64,000 nucleotides of DNA from Raillietiella orientalis (lineage: Eukaryota): NCBI GenBank assembly GCA_036172245.1, contig JAYWIR010000012.1, forward strand, positions 4,092,001 through 4,156,000, written 5' to 3'. Shown in pieces: positions 26,111-39,574 of this stretch. Under the pieces are notes generated by a model, which was not told the DNA's origin, made no database searches, and saw only the letters and a list, made by a program, of their open reading frames with translations. The first letter of the stretch is position 1; the number at the start of each line of letters is the position of its first letter. Both the position numbers and the translations under genes were made by a program.

Positions 26111-27396
26111 CTTGGGGACCGAGGTCTCCCAGCCCTCTGGGAAGCGACAGCGCCAGGAAACGTCCCTCCTTCCTCCTGTCCCTTCCCTCGCTTTTCCTCA
26201 CACGGGAAATGCTGGGATTCCCATGACGGGAATCCCTCTTTATTTGCGGCAAAAGGATACTCCTCCCGTTCACTCTTCTTACTTCCTCCAAGAGGCGGTT
26301 CCTCCGGGAATGCGAAGGACGGAAGACGGTCCGCTGCGGAGGATCCTGCCGGCATTCCTCGTCACCTCAGCGGCCCGACGCATGCTATCATAGCAACCAA
26401 GAGGACAACTGCGTGGGGCATTCGCTTCCGGGAGGGTTCGCTGCAATCCCGACCTGGAATTCGCAGAGTCAGCGGCGACCGAAGTGCTAACGAGAGAAGG
26501 TTTGGCGGAAAACCGATTTCCTTCACCCTGAGTCCATCCTTTCCAGGTCCCCTCGGAGCTGTCGCGCAGGAACGAGAAGGAAAAGAGGAGTTGTCCCACC
26601 ACTCCCTTATCTTGGTTCTCTCCGCTTCCTTGGAGGAAGAAGGAAAGGAAAGAGGAGGTAAAAGGGAGGGAGGGAGGAGGAGGAGAAGGAAGAGAGAGTG
26701 ATGTCCGGAAGCGTTTCCAGCTGGAGGACAGACGCTCCAGGAATCTACAGGGCGTGATGCAGACTTCTAAGGGCAATAGGAATGCACCCCCGAAACTCCA
26801 GCTGGTCTTCTTGTCTCCTCCCTTCCTCCTCCTTTACCTGTTCTCCCCCTGCTCCTCTCCTTTTCCTCCCACGCCCTCCACTGGTAATTGCCCTCTCCCC
26901 TCTGCTCCCCCGTGAATGCAGCCCTTTCCTAGCAGCCCTTTCCTGCCTGCCCGAGATTCCGCTAACCCGGACCCCAGAGCGGCTTCCGAGTCCTCTGCCG
27001 CTACCGATCGGAACCGGGATAGAGCGATCCTTCGAATGGGGGACTTGCGGGCGACATCATTCCGTGATGACACCCCACATTCGGGCAAACTCGCTAGTGG
27101 GCCGCCGGAGGGGAGATTGGATACGGGCGAGGGAGAGAAGGGAAGGGAAGCGCGATCTTGCGGGAGAGATTCGGGCGGACACTCTGACCTCTTCTCTGCG
27201 TTCACCTAACCACCCCTTCAGGTAGGAAAGTTGGATTTTCTGTGAAGGTTCCAGAAATGTGGGAATGGGAGGCTGGGGCGAGTGAGCCGCCGTGCTGCTG
27301 GGGTGCCGCCTCCTTCACGCAGCTCCAGGCGAGACTCCACGTCAACTCCACTGTTCGTACCACTCGGAAGAAATGGGGAGGAAGAGGCCGGTGGTG

Positions 27397-30300
27397 TCAC
27401 GGGGACGGCAACGACTCACTCCTCCCTGCAGCCGCGATCCAGAGTCTTCTTCCCGGAGCCAGCCAGCAGGATGGCTCCCAGCTCACCTTGGGCGCGGAGG
27501 TCGGACCCCGCCTCGAGAGAGTTCGTCTCCAGGAGCAGCGTCAGGCGCTCTTCCCAGTGGCTGTTCCCGACGGTGCAGCTGCAGGTCACTCTGAGGCTTC
27601 CCCCATGGAAGGCGGCCCTGTCAGCCACGAACCGCAGCCCCAGCGACGACGTTTCCAGGCCGTCTCCGTGTTTGACGGGGACGCTTTCGATGACGGCGCC
27701 GTTCCCTGCCTGGACAGGAGGGACAGGGAAGAAGGGCTTGACGCTCGCCCTACCTTCCTCTCGCCGATGTACCACTCCAGGCTGGCCACCGGCCGCGACT
27801 TGGAGGAGCTGCAGTTCAGCCGAACCATCTCCCCCTCCCTGTAGGCGCTCTTCTGCCCAGTCACCCTGACAGCGGGGACTGTGGGGATCACTGAGGGGAT
27901 CTCGGTCACGAGTGGCTCCTCCCTTTCTTTCTCTCAAGCGAGTGGTGGCGCCAAGGGGGTTGGGACCGGAATGGGGAAAGGGGGAAAGGAAAGATGGATC
28001 CACTCTCTCCTTGTGATCCCGACTCTCTTTGGCTCCTTCTTCCGAAGCTCACTGGAGGGGGGACACTCCGAGACTTTCGTCCCAGAGACCGCGCTCTCCA
28101 GGGATGGTCTGATAGTGCCTCCTCCTCTCCCGAGAGGCAAGCGAAAGAAAGGGCAAGAAAGGGCAGGGGAAAGAGAGGAGGGAATCCGGTGCCGGAAGGA
28201 TCCCCGAGGAGCAGCGGGGTCACACAGCAGGGTAGAACGAGTCTGCGTCCGGATCCCCTTCCCTGTTCCTCCTGACTAGTCAGGAAACGGCGCCGTCATC
28301 GAGGCTGGACTCCGAGGGGAAGAAGAGGTGCCAAGGGAGAGGACGCTGGCGGCAAGAGTGACCACCGGGTCACCACCGCCCCTTCAAGCACTCCATTCCT
28401 TGAGAAGGGAAGCACCGGTGAGGGAGGGCGAGGTGGCTGAGCTGGCCGTCTCTCGGGCACTCTCCGGGAAGGGGGACACCGCCTCGGACTTGTGGAACAC
28501 CGCCGGGAACGTCCCAACAGCACCGCCGCCGCCTCTTGAGAAGGAGTCCCGGCTCCACAGTGGAAGCGGGATTGGAAGGAATATTCCTGCCAGCTCTCCC
28601 TCCTTCCCTCTGCTCCCACTCGTCCCCTCCGCTGCCTCGGGAGTAGCGCCACGACCACCACCCGCGTTTTCTTGCCAGAGGGAGCTCTCGGGAGGAAACC
28701 TGTGCTCTCTTCCCGAAGGGCCCTACGGGAGCCTTTTCTTCCCGGGGAGAATATCCACTCCAGTCTCCCGGGAATCTGCCTGCTCGCAAGAGACTTCCCT
28801 TCTTGGGTCACGTGGCGGAGTCATTCGAGACCCATCCCCCGCTTGCAGGCGTGCGCAAAGGCGCGCGCGAGCGCCATCTGTACGGAAGGCCGTGCATCAC
28901 CGTGTGACATTCATCTCCCAGCCAGGGGAAACCCGCCGTGGACCACCCGGATCCTCCCGATAGAATCAGCAGGTCTTACAGAAGGGAAGGCGGGACGAAA
29001 GGTCCTTCAGAAAATCGTCTCCTGAGTTACCGAGGGGATGGAGGGGCGGGAAAAGGACAGAGAATGGTAAGGTGCCTCTCTTCCCTCCCCTCTGTCCCCC
29101 GACGTAGGGTTTCCTCCTCCTGGTCGACTAACACCTCGCGGAGGAGGACCCAGGAGCAGTAACCTCGGCCGTGTCCGAAGGAATCCCGGCGTCTCCTGGC
29201 TGCCGAGCCCCGCTCATTCTCTTCGCGCAGGGCCTTCATTCGAAAGAGCAGCTGCTCCGGCGCACCTTCCTGAGAAGACTTCACGGCGCATCTGGTGGCG
29301 CACCACTTTCCCGACCCTCCCACACCTAATATCTAATCGGTTTCGAGTGCAACCTTTAACCTGAAGAGGCGTATGATCCCTCTGCATTTGCTGCTCCCCC
29401 TTCCCCAGACGATAGCCCGGTCACGTGGGTGCTCCCGAGCGAGTACTGCCATCGTCCTCTGAGAGGAAGGAGTTCATGCCTTACGCACGAGGAGGAGAAA
29501 CCCACTACTGGGAGGAAGTCTCCCAGGATAGCCTTCCGATCTTGAAATCTTGGTTCTTTTCGTCCTACTTCTATCTTTTTTTCCCCTTGCTATTCATCCA
29601 TCCATTACACAGCCCTGTCTACCTATCTCTTCCCATCTGTCCACCTATGCCTCTCGGTCCACCCATTCCTTGCTTTCTTTTTCTGTTTCTCAGTTCATCT
29701 CTGCCTGCCTGTCCAGCCATGCTTCCCGGTTCACCTATTCCTGGCTGCCCCTCTGTCCGGAGAACCCTGTCTAGAAAGTACCACCCTTCCTCCACCTGTG
29801 GAGATGCAGGGACTCTACTGCTCCTCGCCCTGCCCTCCTCCCGTTGTGCCTGCTTCCCGGTGATGCGGGAAGGAGGTTGGCCAGACCGCAGTCCTGTCCA
29901 CGCTGGTGGCAAGTGAGAGTGAAAGGGAAAGGGGAGTTGTCTATGGTTCCCTTCCCCCCCCCTTCCTCCCCCTTCCTCGTTTTTCTTTCCTCCATAGCGC
30001 TCTCTCCTGCTATTCTCCCCCAGCTGCTGTGGGACACGCTCCTCCGGAGGGGTGAAAAGGGGTTGAGTGGGATGCAGCAGGGAAGCGGTGCGCCGGCCAC
30101 CTTACCTACTACCATGAGGTCCCCATGTCCGATGACCGTGTGGAAGGAAGGCGCCTCCGCCGACACCTCGCAACGGTACCTGCCCGTTGTGTCGAGGGTC
30201 GCGCTCCTGAGGATGATGTTGCAGGCGTCGGATGCTGAGATCTGAAAAAGAAAGCTGACCATCCTTTCGGTACGCTGGAAGGCGAGCGGCGGTGGTCAGA

Positions 30301-32029
30301 AGCAGCAGCGGCATCCAGGTTGGAGGGATCGGAGCAAAAGGGTCCCCCCTTTAAAAAGAGGCCCCTTTCGGCGCCTCTTTTCGCGAGGCGTCCCGGAAGC
30401 AGCGGGACGCCCCTGCCATCATGGAAGAACATCGCGAGCGAGTCCCTCCCTCCGCGGGCTGCTGTCTCCGTGCCCCTTGGTTAGCAGCCTCAGGGAACCC
30501 GGTATCAACAGCCGCTTCGAAAACGGGGAATCTCGGGCGGAAAGGAAAAGGCAGCGAGACGCGTTTGTGGGTAAGCAGTGGATAGCGGATGGATGCCAGA
30601 GGGAGGGGTGGGCACGAGGGAGGGATGCCCTGGAAGTACCCGCGAAGAATCTAGGGACGGGGAAAATCCCTTGGCCTCTGCCCCTCCCGTAGATTCCCAC
30701 TCATCCCGTCTCCCCTGTCCATCCTCCCTCCTTCCGTCCCAGTTCTGGATCCACTGTCCTCGCTTCCTGGAACCTTCCTGTTTTCTCGATGTTCGACCAC
30801 TCTCGAACGACGGAAATACAGGGAGAGCAGGGGGAAGGAACGGCCGTAGCAGATGGGGTGCAAGGGAAAAGGGTCCCGCCCTCAGTCCTCCTCTCACTCT
30901 TCACTCCGGAAGCTGGAGACAGCTCCTCCCGCCAGATGGAGGATTCCCAGAAGAAGCAGGGTGCGATCTGCGCTCGTTCTCACCGAGAACTGGGAAGCGA
31001 GGGACCTACGCCTGCCCTCCCTCTTGCTCCCGGCGTCCCGGGAGGCTCTCTCGAAATGCAGGACCGGCAGAGACGGCCTCCCCGCTCCCACCGCCTTTGT
31101 TCCGGGCACAGCGGAGTCCCCAGCACCCCTTTCCCGGTAGAAGGGAGGAAGGGAGGAGAAGTAGAGATTTCTCCAGGATCACAAGAAGTGCAAGCTATGT
31201 GCAGGCAGCGTGGGGGAGGCGAGCCATTTCCCAGAGCAACGCGCGCTCACCGCTCATAGCCCGCTTCGTTGCGTGGCCGCGTAAAAGTGCCTGAATGGGG
31301 GGACCGGGTGGGTCGACGTTTCCCTGGAGGCTCGAGGTCATTTCGGAAAGAGCGGTCGTCGTCATGGAGAGGCTCCCTCTCGGAGGAAGCGTCCTCCTCT
31401 CACCCCCCCGCTGTGCGGGAAGTTGGGACGTCTCCATGCTGCCCCTCCAGGAGACACGCACCGCCTTCCGGGGGCTGCGACCGAAAGAGGAGGCGGAGGG
31501 GACCTAAGAAGGGGAAAGAGGCAGCACGGAGACGTCCCGTCTCCCCACACCAAGGAGACGGGACGCCTTCGAAGGAGGACGGCGCCAAGACCAGGGAGGG
31601 GGAGGAGCGACTTACGTCGACGGAGACTCCCGGGACGTCGAAGGACTGCATCCTAGGGATGTCCCTGGGAAGAAAGCGAAAGAACTCGTGCTGCTCCTTG
31701 TACCACTTGACCGAGTAGAGGGTGTCGTTGCCCAGGTCGAAACGGCACCGCAGGGAGGCGGAATCGCCCAGTCTCACGAACGTGGGGATCCTGGCGCCAA
31801 GAAGGCGGAGCGCTGGAACAGGAGAGTGGTGGAACGGATGGCGTGGGAGGCAGTGCGAAAGGGGGAAGGGGAGGGGGAAGGGGGGGAAGGGCAAGTCCTC
31901 TTAGGAGGTCTCCAGGGAGGTCCAGGGGGCTATAGGGAAAAGGAGCCTCTCACCTCCCACGCAAGCCAGCAGGTACAGCATCCGGACCAGGTGCGGGAAA
32001 GGGTGCGGTGCGGTCCCGGCGCTCTTCAT
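27397..32029 (-). CDS. beaten path (Beat)-family two-Ig-domain cell-surface protein
   Basis: Exons 31954-32029 (signal-like), 31616-31812 (VRLGDSASLRCRFDLGNDTLYSVKWYK..EFFRF), 30106-30241 (TGRYRCEVSAEAPSFHT), 27754-27890 (LNCSSSKSRPVASLEWY) and 27487-27709 (DGLETSSLGLRF..VTC) are phase-consistent GT-AG. The last exon (27397-27425) is uncertain. Confidence 0.85.
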
Positions 32030-33199
32030 CCTCGGGGGAAAAGAGGAAGAGGAAGCTCTCTCGAAGGAAGCGCGCGGGCTCCGGAAGCGGAAGACGAGGC
32101 AGGGGCGGAGACGGGAGGCAGGCGACCGCCAGCTCTCTCCGCACATCCAGAGGGACGACTGGCAGGGAGGTGGAGCGCCGCCCGCCGGTCTTCCCGGAAT
32201 CTCTTGCCCCCCCGCTTTCCTCCCTTTCTCCTCCTCCCCCTCGCGTCCCGCGCCTGCTGCCAGGAAGGGGACGGAAGAAAATCTGGCTCCTCCCTGGCGG
32301 GAGTAAGCGGCTCCGCCCCTTCCCGGAGCACCTGAGCGGCCCGGTTGGAGCCGGAAGAAGCCCCTCCTTGGCGGGACTGCGGCCACTGCGCTGAGGAGGC
32401 AGGAGGAGGAGGGGAAGAGTCTGCTGGCGTGATGGAGCCACGAATGGGGAGCGAGCATCCGTGGGAAGCGGGAGTCGCCCACCACTTTGGTTCTGCTACC
32501 AACGTCACGCGATCCGTTCCAGGGGGAAGTTCTCACCAGAGGGGAAAAAGCGTTTCCCGGAAGGGAATTGCGCGGATGGAATGGTGGGGGTACAGGATGG
32601 ATGGACTCCCGCGATGGCATCTGGAAAACAGGGAGGAGAGGGAGAGAGAAGAAAAGGGAAGGACCCGGGAACGCTCCCTTCTCCCCCTTTCCACCTTCCG
32701 GGCGCATCCGAGCATCCCCACAGTCCGGGAGCGCGGCGGGAGAGCGGATCGACCAGGAGGCGAGCTAATGGAGCGCAATGGCTCCGGGAGGGCGCCGTCG
32801 CCGATAAGGCCCTCTTATCTTCCGCAGGAAAGTTTCTTTCGGGAAAGTTTCCTTGGGACTCCGGAAAGAGGAAGGGAAGGGAAGAGGGGAAGGGAGAGTC
32901 GCTTTTTTCTCTCCCCCATTCTCCTTCTTCCCCTCGGTGCACCCTGGAGGGAGCCTCCCGCTGGAGGCGATCCTTGTCTCTGCTTTCGCTCCGACCGCGG
33001 AGGCGGGAAATCGCTCCCCGGCCGAGGCAGCGGAAGAGCCCTACGCGCGAGCTCTGCGAGGAACGCGCGATCTCGGGAAAGAGGGAGGGAAGGGTAGGTA
33101 GGGGATCCCACCAAGGCGGACCGGATGGCCATCGCTTTCGTTGCTGCTGAGATCAAAACCGGGATCGTGCCGAGCGCATCCCCTGGGATCTGCAGCCAT

Positions 33200-33460
33200 A
33201 GAAAGTCTCCCTCCCTTCCTCCTCATTCCCCCGGCCACATCCCCATTCTCCCCATCAGCTTCTCCTTCATCACCATTACCATGGCTCTTCTCATCTTTAT
33301 CCTCCGCTTCGTACATTCTCCCTCTTTTCCTCTCCTTCTACCATAGCTCTTCCTTATCCCTGTTCCTTACCCCAGTTCTCTTTTTTCCTTCTTCCTCCTC
33401 CTCTTCTTCCCTTCTTCCTCCGTTCCTCCTCCTCCTCTTCCTTTGCATGACTATCGTTGC
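33200..33460. repeat. polypyrimidine/polypurine low-complexity tract
   Basis: Almost purely C/T on the + strand. Similar tracts occur at about 23660-24300 and 29550-29760. Confidence 0.7.
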
Positions 33461-33589
33461 CCATCCATTCTCTTGCCATCCTTGTTTTCAGTAGGAATCC
33501 TGAGATTCCAGGACTACTGATTCATCCACGCAGCCCGATTGAACGTCCTACCAGTCAGGGCTGGACCCAGGATGAAACCAGAAGGACGC

Positions 33590-34313
33590 GCGTTCTTGTG
33601 GTTTCATCCTGCGCGTGTCGGTGTTGCCGGACAGATGACGAAACGTTGCCCCACATATTAAACAGATGCAGGAGGCACTTCCATCTGTCCATTGCGCGAC
33701 ACGACACGATTCAAGAGATGATCATCACGGCCTCGGTGGATGAAGCAAAGTGGTTTCCACTAACCAGAGAGCTCCAGTGACCTCTTAAGACCGGACTTCT
33801 TGATGAAGAAAGTAGACCGGATAGTAGTGCTGGACATGTGCTGCCCATACGAGGGTGGATGAGAGGCGTTCAGCGCAGCTAGGAGCAGAAAACAAAAAAA
33901 ATGCAAGGAAGCAGCCCTCCAGCTAGGCAGACAGGAGAAGCAATTCAGGGTGCACGCTTTCATCGTTGGCTCCCTGGGGGCCTGGGATCCAGGTAACGAG
34001 GAAGTGCTCCAGGACCTTGGGATTCCTAAGAAGGACTCGAGAAGACGAGGCACCGGATGGTGGCTTCGTGCATCCGGTACTCCAGAGACATCTATGCAGC
34101 CCACGTCACACGAAGAGCCGACAGACAGATGCAGCCGGAGAACGCCAGCGGTCAGTTCTCGCGGACGAACAACGGGAAGCTGAGGAAGCGACATGCTGAG
34201 GGGCGTGAGATGAACAGAAAGGGAATTCTGCAGGAATATCAAGATCCTCCCCCCATGTAACATGTTGTCTAATTGTAAATCAAAACAATAGAAACTTCAG
34301 TGCCTGGAATAAA
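33590..34313 (+). mobile_element. 3' fragment of an R2-superfamily RLE non-LTR retrotransposon (NeSL/Utopia-like), pseudogenised
   Basis: CRCCRTDDETLPHILNRC zinc knuckle, RHD, LRPD..VVLD..CPYE, RKQKK and HAFIVGSLGAWDPGN. It has an in-frame TGA near 33860, frameshifts, a stop at 34260 and AATAAA at 34308. Confidence 0.85.
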
Positions 34314-36739
34314 AGATTCCCTTCTTTTTTGTTTCCTTCCGGGTGGGAGCACCGAGTTGTAGATGCCTACGGGAGGGATTCCCGGCGCCTTCTGGATGTC
34401 TCCAGCGATCACTGGACTCCCTCTTTCCTTTGTTCTTGCTACGGATGACGCGGGGACTCCGCAGGGGACAAAGAGCAGCGGGCTCCCCTTCCGATGCCCT
34501 TTTAAGCAGTCAAGAAACGGCTGTATAAACCATAAACTCGCCCAGCCTACGCACCGTTGGGGTCTACGAGGGTCAGGGAGGGAAGGAACATCGCCTGGAT
34601 CAAGGGGGAAAGAGACCTGTAGCGCGCAGGCGCTCGCCTTCCCGCCTGCCCTGCGCCTGACCTTGCGCCACCCTTGTCGTCGCCGCTGCTACCGCAGGTA
34701 AGGGACGGAGGAAGGGGAGGGATGGACCTCTTGCCCCGATTCAGGGGAGCTTGTCTTTTCTGCGAGAGGCGGAGGAGCCACCGGAGATCCCAGACAGGCT
34801 GGAAGAACCCGAATGACCACCTGCCAACCGAACGCATCCTGCGGACGTAACCACTGCATTTCCTTCTTGACCTCACCCCTTTCCCCCCTCCACACACACA
34901 CTCAAGCAAGCGCGCATGCGCACACATTGTCGTGCCTAAAGAAGGGATGGTGCGGCGGTGGGAAGGAGGGAAGTTGATGTCGTCCAGGCTGGGTCATCTC
35001 CAGCCGATCGCACGGCTCACTTCCGGCGCTTCCCCGCAGCTCGAAGGGACTTCACGGGTCTGTGGGCTGTCAGTCCGTCTGGACGTTTCTGCCGCTTCCC
35101 CAGACCGCCGTCGTTGGCTATACCTGAAAATGCTGCCTCCTCCTCCAGGAAGGAAGGAGGGAGGAGCACCCCATTCCACACGGCACTCCGAGGGCCGCGA
35201 AGCTGGGGCTAGGAGAGTGCGCTCCTTTTCATCTCTCCTTTCCCCTCCCTCCCTTTTCCATCCCGTTGCGCCGCTCCTCTTTCTCGAATGGTCCAGGGAG
35301 AAATCGGGAATCAGGGGAGCCGATAACTCAGTCTCTCTCTCCCTGATAACCAGGACCCCCTCGGGCTCCTTCTTGGACATTCGTCCGCGGTGCAGGTCGT
35401 TCGGTCGCGAGAGTCCGCGTGGAGAGGCCTCGGACCAGTAAGGCCCACCCCACCCTGACCCCCCCTTCCGGAAACGAAGGGTGTGGGTGATGGGCAAGGC
35501 GGGATCGCGTGTAAGGAAAGACGTCCTTGTTGTTTCCTACCCGGTTGTGCAGAGGCGGTCGCTCACCAGAGAGGAACATCCAGAAGTCCCATCCGCAGTC
35601 CGACAATCCTGAAGAGACTGCCGACGGAGGCGAACGGGAGAAGAGAAGAAGAAAAAACGAAAACAAATAGGGCCACTCGCAGTTATAAAAGGGTGGGAGG
35701 AGTAGGGAAGGGATCGCTCGCTGCCCGTTCCATCGAGTCCCCTGCACCCTTCGCAGGATGGACTCTTCCCAACGGGGTCCCAGATAGATTCGTCTCGTCG
35801 TGATCCGAGGGAAGGGGGTCTCTGCGTGTGGGAGACTCCCCTGTCCCTGAGGCCGCTCCTGACCATGAAGCGGCGGCAGCGTCTCTTCAGGGCGGCAGCA
35901 GAAGCGCGCGCGAAGGGACTCTCCTCGGAGGCAACTGGGACTGTCCGCCGGGATAAGGAGGACCTTTAAGGGAGTCCCCACAGTGTCCGTCGGTAGGAAA
36001 CGGCAGCGAGGTACGGAAGGGATCCCCTCCGCCTCGCATCTGACGCAGCTCGGCGCGACACCCTCCCCCTCCCTCGCCCGGTGTCGGCGGCGCTGATCGC
36101 ACCGGATCCTCCAAGGAAACACTCAGCAGCGCCGACTGCTGCCACTTAAGGAGGGAGGAGAGAGCTGTCCGTCACCGCTTGTGGCACCTCAGTTGATATG
36201 TCGAAGAGCTCACCCCTGTGGAGGTGCCCATCGACCCCATGGGTAGGGGTCCGTTGGCGCTGCTGCGTGGGCGAGCTGACGCGATCCCAGCCTCCAAGGG
36301 GTCTCCTGCGACCCGTGACCACGTTCCGGGAACCTTCCGAGTTCCTAGCAAACGGAGGGCACCGGCTCAGAGAAAATAGCTGCCGGGTAGGTAGACAACT
36401 TCAGCTCGCTGCCTCCATCGTTCTTCCGGAGTTCCGCTGACTTCGAACATGGCCCAGATCTCAGCGCACATCCCTGACGTCAGGTCAGATTGTTTGTGCG
36501 GAGACAGGGGATGCATGGATGTTTGCTTCCCAGGGAGGTCACTTGTCTCGGTGGGAACCCGTAGGCCATCTTGCTCAGGTGGTGGCACGAAAACAACGCC
36601 GCCAGTCCATCGCAGCGGGCCTCCCTTCCGGGAAGCAGACGCGCCGGGGCGCACCAGTGGGTATTCCGATGCTTTGCTATCGAGACCAGTCGTCCCAGCG
36701 TCTGGAGGCCAAGTCTTCGGGTTCGCTCTGTATACACTA

Positions 36740-37520
36740 GGATGAATACATAAAAACCGGGAAAGTCACGAAGCGAATGGGAGGAGGCAATGAAAAAACA
36801 AAAAAAAGGGGGAGGCTGAGGGCGAGGGTCAGCTGTGTCCGCCATTCCTTCACTTCAGAACCGGCACTGGATGCTGGCTATCTCCTCCTTCGCTTCCTCT
36901 TGCAGGTGGAATAACCTTGTAGCCGTTCTCAATTAGGCGACTGCCATCCCGGTGACCTTCCTTCGCTGCGCCGTCGCCTCCAGCACGATGACATAGCCAT
37001 GACAATGGCATTGCAATGGTTGCGATCACTGCGCCCGTCGAGAGTTTTCCCGGCTTGAAGCACCGTCGCAGCAGGTCACGGGCCGGGTGTCCTCCCGGGC
37101 AGGATCAGCCTCTGCCACAGTTCCCGCACGGCATCGTAGTTCAAAAGCGGGAGTGGCGGCACCAACTCTGCCGACACGCATGTCCACCGACACACAGGTC
37201 GGGATATCGGGAATAAGTCCGGAACGGGAGAGGGGAGGGAGGGATGGCAAAAAAAAAGGAGGGAATTCGAGGGTGCGACCCCAGAGGAAACGAGGGGGTC
37301 GCACCCCCGAATTCCCTGTGGCCTGCCTGCGACCTGCTGCGACGGTTCTTCGAACCGGGACGACTGTCGACGTGCGCACTGATCGCAACCATCGTGCTGA
37401 AGGCGATGGCTGAAACGAAGGTGCCGGTACTAGCTGCAAAGGACTCCCGCGCACAGGGAGAGCAGCGCAGCCTGTCTCCAGGGCGGCGGGAACACAGAAG
37501 CATCTAGACATTAGGGAGGG
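36740..37520. mobile_element. two inverted 3' fragments of a diverged L1/Tx1-like subfamily
   Basis: 37015-37080 (-) and 37330-37395 (+) are clearly homologous (GACCTGCTGCGACGGT..TCGACG..TGATCGCAACCAT). The minus copy encodes RLFHLQEEAKEEIASI, homologous to RWPHL..KKELAGI. Confidence 0.6.
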
Positions 37521-37950
37521 ATCACAAGCATCTCCAGGAACAAGACTGAGGTCGCTCGCATCATGGAGCTGTATTCCGGGACTACTCCGCCGCCCTGGAA
37601 GAGACCGGTTAGGATCCCTGCATCCGGCGCGTCCTGTGGGCTCCGTCCCGATACGGGCATTCAAAAGCCTTTCAGCCAGACTCGGGACGTCCCTGTGCCC
37701 CAAAGGGCCTTCCTATTTTACTGCACTGGTGACAGAACAAACAAAAAACAGGGTCCGGGGAAGGAATGGGTTCAGGCAAGTGTCTCACACAACAGCCCGT
37801 TCCGGTAGTAAAACCTGCCATCAAGGAATGGGCCGAGTGGCCGACTCTGCCTCCAGGAGTCAGTCGGACCACGTGAGAAGGAATTGCCCAGAGAGACGCC
37901 AAGCACCTGACCGTGGGGACATCGACGACGGGTTGTCGAACCCACGCTCA

Positions 37951-38892
37951 GTTTTCTTTTTTTTCGGTTCGCTAAGTACCTCAGAGCTGGTGGCGTGCCT
38001 CGCGGTGCACGCGGCTCTTTTTAAACATTAACAGTTTTGTTTCCACGCCCCTCCGCCCGCGGCAACCCGCAGGGGGGGTCGTGTAACTCTTCAGTGTAAT
38101 TCTTCAGGATAAGGGGCATCCCTGGATGGGGGTCCGCCCTATGAATCCAGGAAGGGCTCGGAGTCCGTTCCTCTCACGCTTGGGGAGGGATCCCTCCGGA
38201 CGGGGGGGATCGCACCTCCAACCCTGGTTGTCTCCGAAGGGGGAACCCCGAAGGGAATCTCCTTCCTCATTCTCTCCAAAGGACACCCCACTAATGGGGG
38301 GTGGTCCTCTCCATTTCAACTTCTCCGAAGGGAACTCGGAAAGGATCCGCTAGTAGGAATTTCTTCTCCAGAGAGAAGCCGCAAGGGAACCGCTCCTGTT
38401 CACTCCTCTGAAGAGAACCCCGAAGGGACGCTTCCGAAACTCAAAAGGGGCGCTGCAGCTTCCCGCAGGGAATCGCTCTCGCTTGCTTCCTTGTGCACTC
38501 TGTGAAGAGGCGACGACTCGGAGGGTCCCCCCCGCAACGGGGAGGGTCCGCTCCTTTGAACAACTGGAGAGGTGCTTGTGAGGGCTCTTGCTCCATCTTG
38601 AAACCGGAGGGGTCCCCCGGTGGGGGGTCCACTCTCCGTTGCACGACCGGAGGGGGAACTCCCCACTCCTTGATTCCTGGGAGGACCCGAAGGTCGACTC
38701 CCATTGTTCCGGCCTTCATCGGGGGCCTCCGGCTTAATCCACCGCCGGTGCCACGCCCGAATGTCTCGGCCAGCCAGTGCCATTGCAGGAGAAACTCGGA
38801 ACTCGACGACGCAGTGGCATCAGAGTTTCTGCCGAAGTATTCGAACCCGCGACGCATGGTGCTGCACGCGGAAGCCTTAACCTCCGACGCGG
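37951..38892 (-). mobile_element. LINE 3' end with a long structured UTR, copy 1
   Basis: Near-identical to 40049-41002. A-rich tail on the minus strand at the low-coordinate end, and ORF2 C-terminal remnant GRNSDA..EFLLQW. Confidence 0.8.
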
Positions 38893-39574
38893 GCTCACAC
38901 CCAGCAACGGAGAAACGCGACCTCTCCTCAGTGAGGGCGATCCAGACTCCTCTGAGCTCACTCCCGAGTTCGAACCGGCCTCCCTCCCCCTCCTAGACAT
39001 CCATGCCCCCTTTCCGTTCATCTCTTTCCCCTTCCCTCTCGCCTGCCTGGTTCAACAGGCACCAGTCACACTGTTCTCTGCGCTGCTTCGCTTCCTTGCG
39101 GCTCGTTCGCTGCTCCTCCAATTCCTGCGCTGATTGCTGAGTGCCTGCACAGATGGCAGCTGCAGAGCGGGAGCAGGAGCAGTACTCCGCAGCAATGAGG
39201 ATCAGCTGGTAGTTCTGCGCGCTGCTTGCGCGTGTGGGCGTTACTCGCAGCAGCCCGTGCGGAAGCGCGGGCGCGGTATCTGCGGGGAAAGCAAGAGGCA
39301 ATGGGGCAGGCAGACGGCATCGGGCAATGACGTGCAATCATCGGACCGTGACAGGAGATAAATAGTTTAATCCACAACAAAAGAACGGAGCGCGTTACCG
39401 CGGCAACGGAAGCTGCAGAGAGGGAGGGTCGACGTTCGAAAGATGGGAGGCAGAAAAAAGATGCCTCCTCGATCCCATCGAGAGCCGGAGCGCACGCGAA
39501 AGGAGACGCGCCGTTGCGTGGCAATGCATCCTTTCGTGACGGAGGCAGGAGTCCGTCTATACAAACATTGGTAC

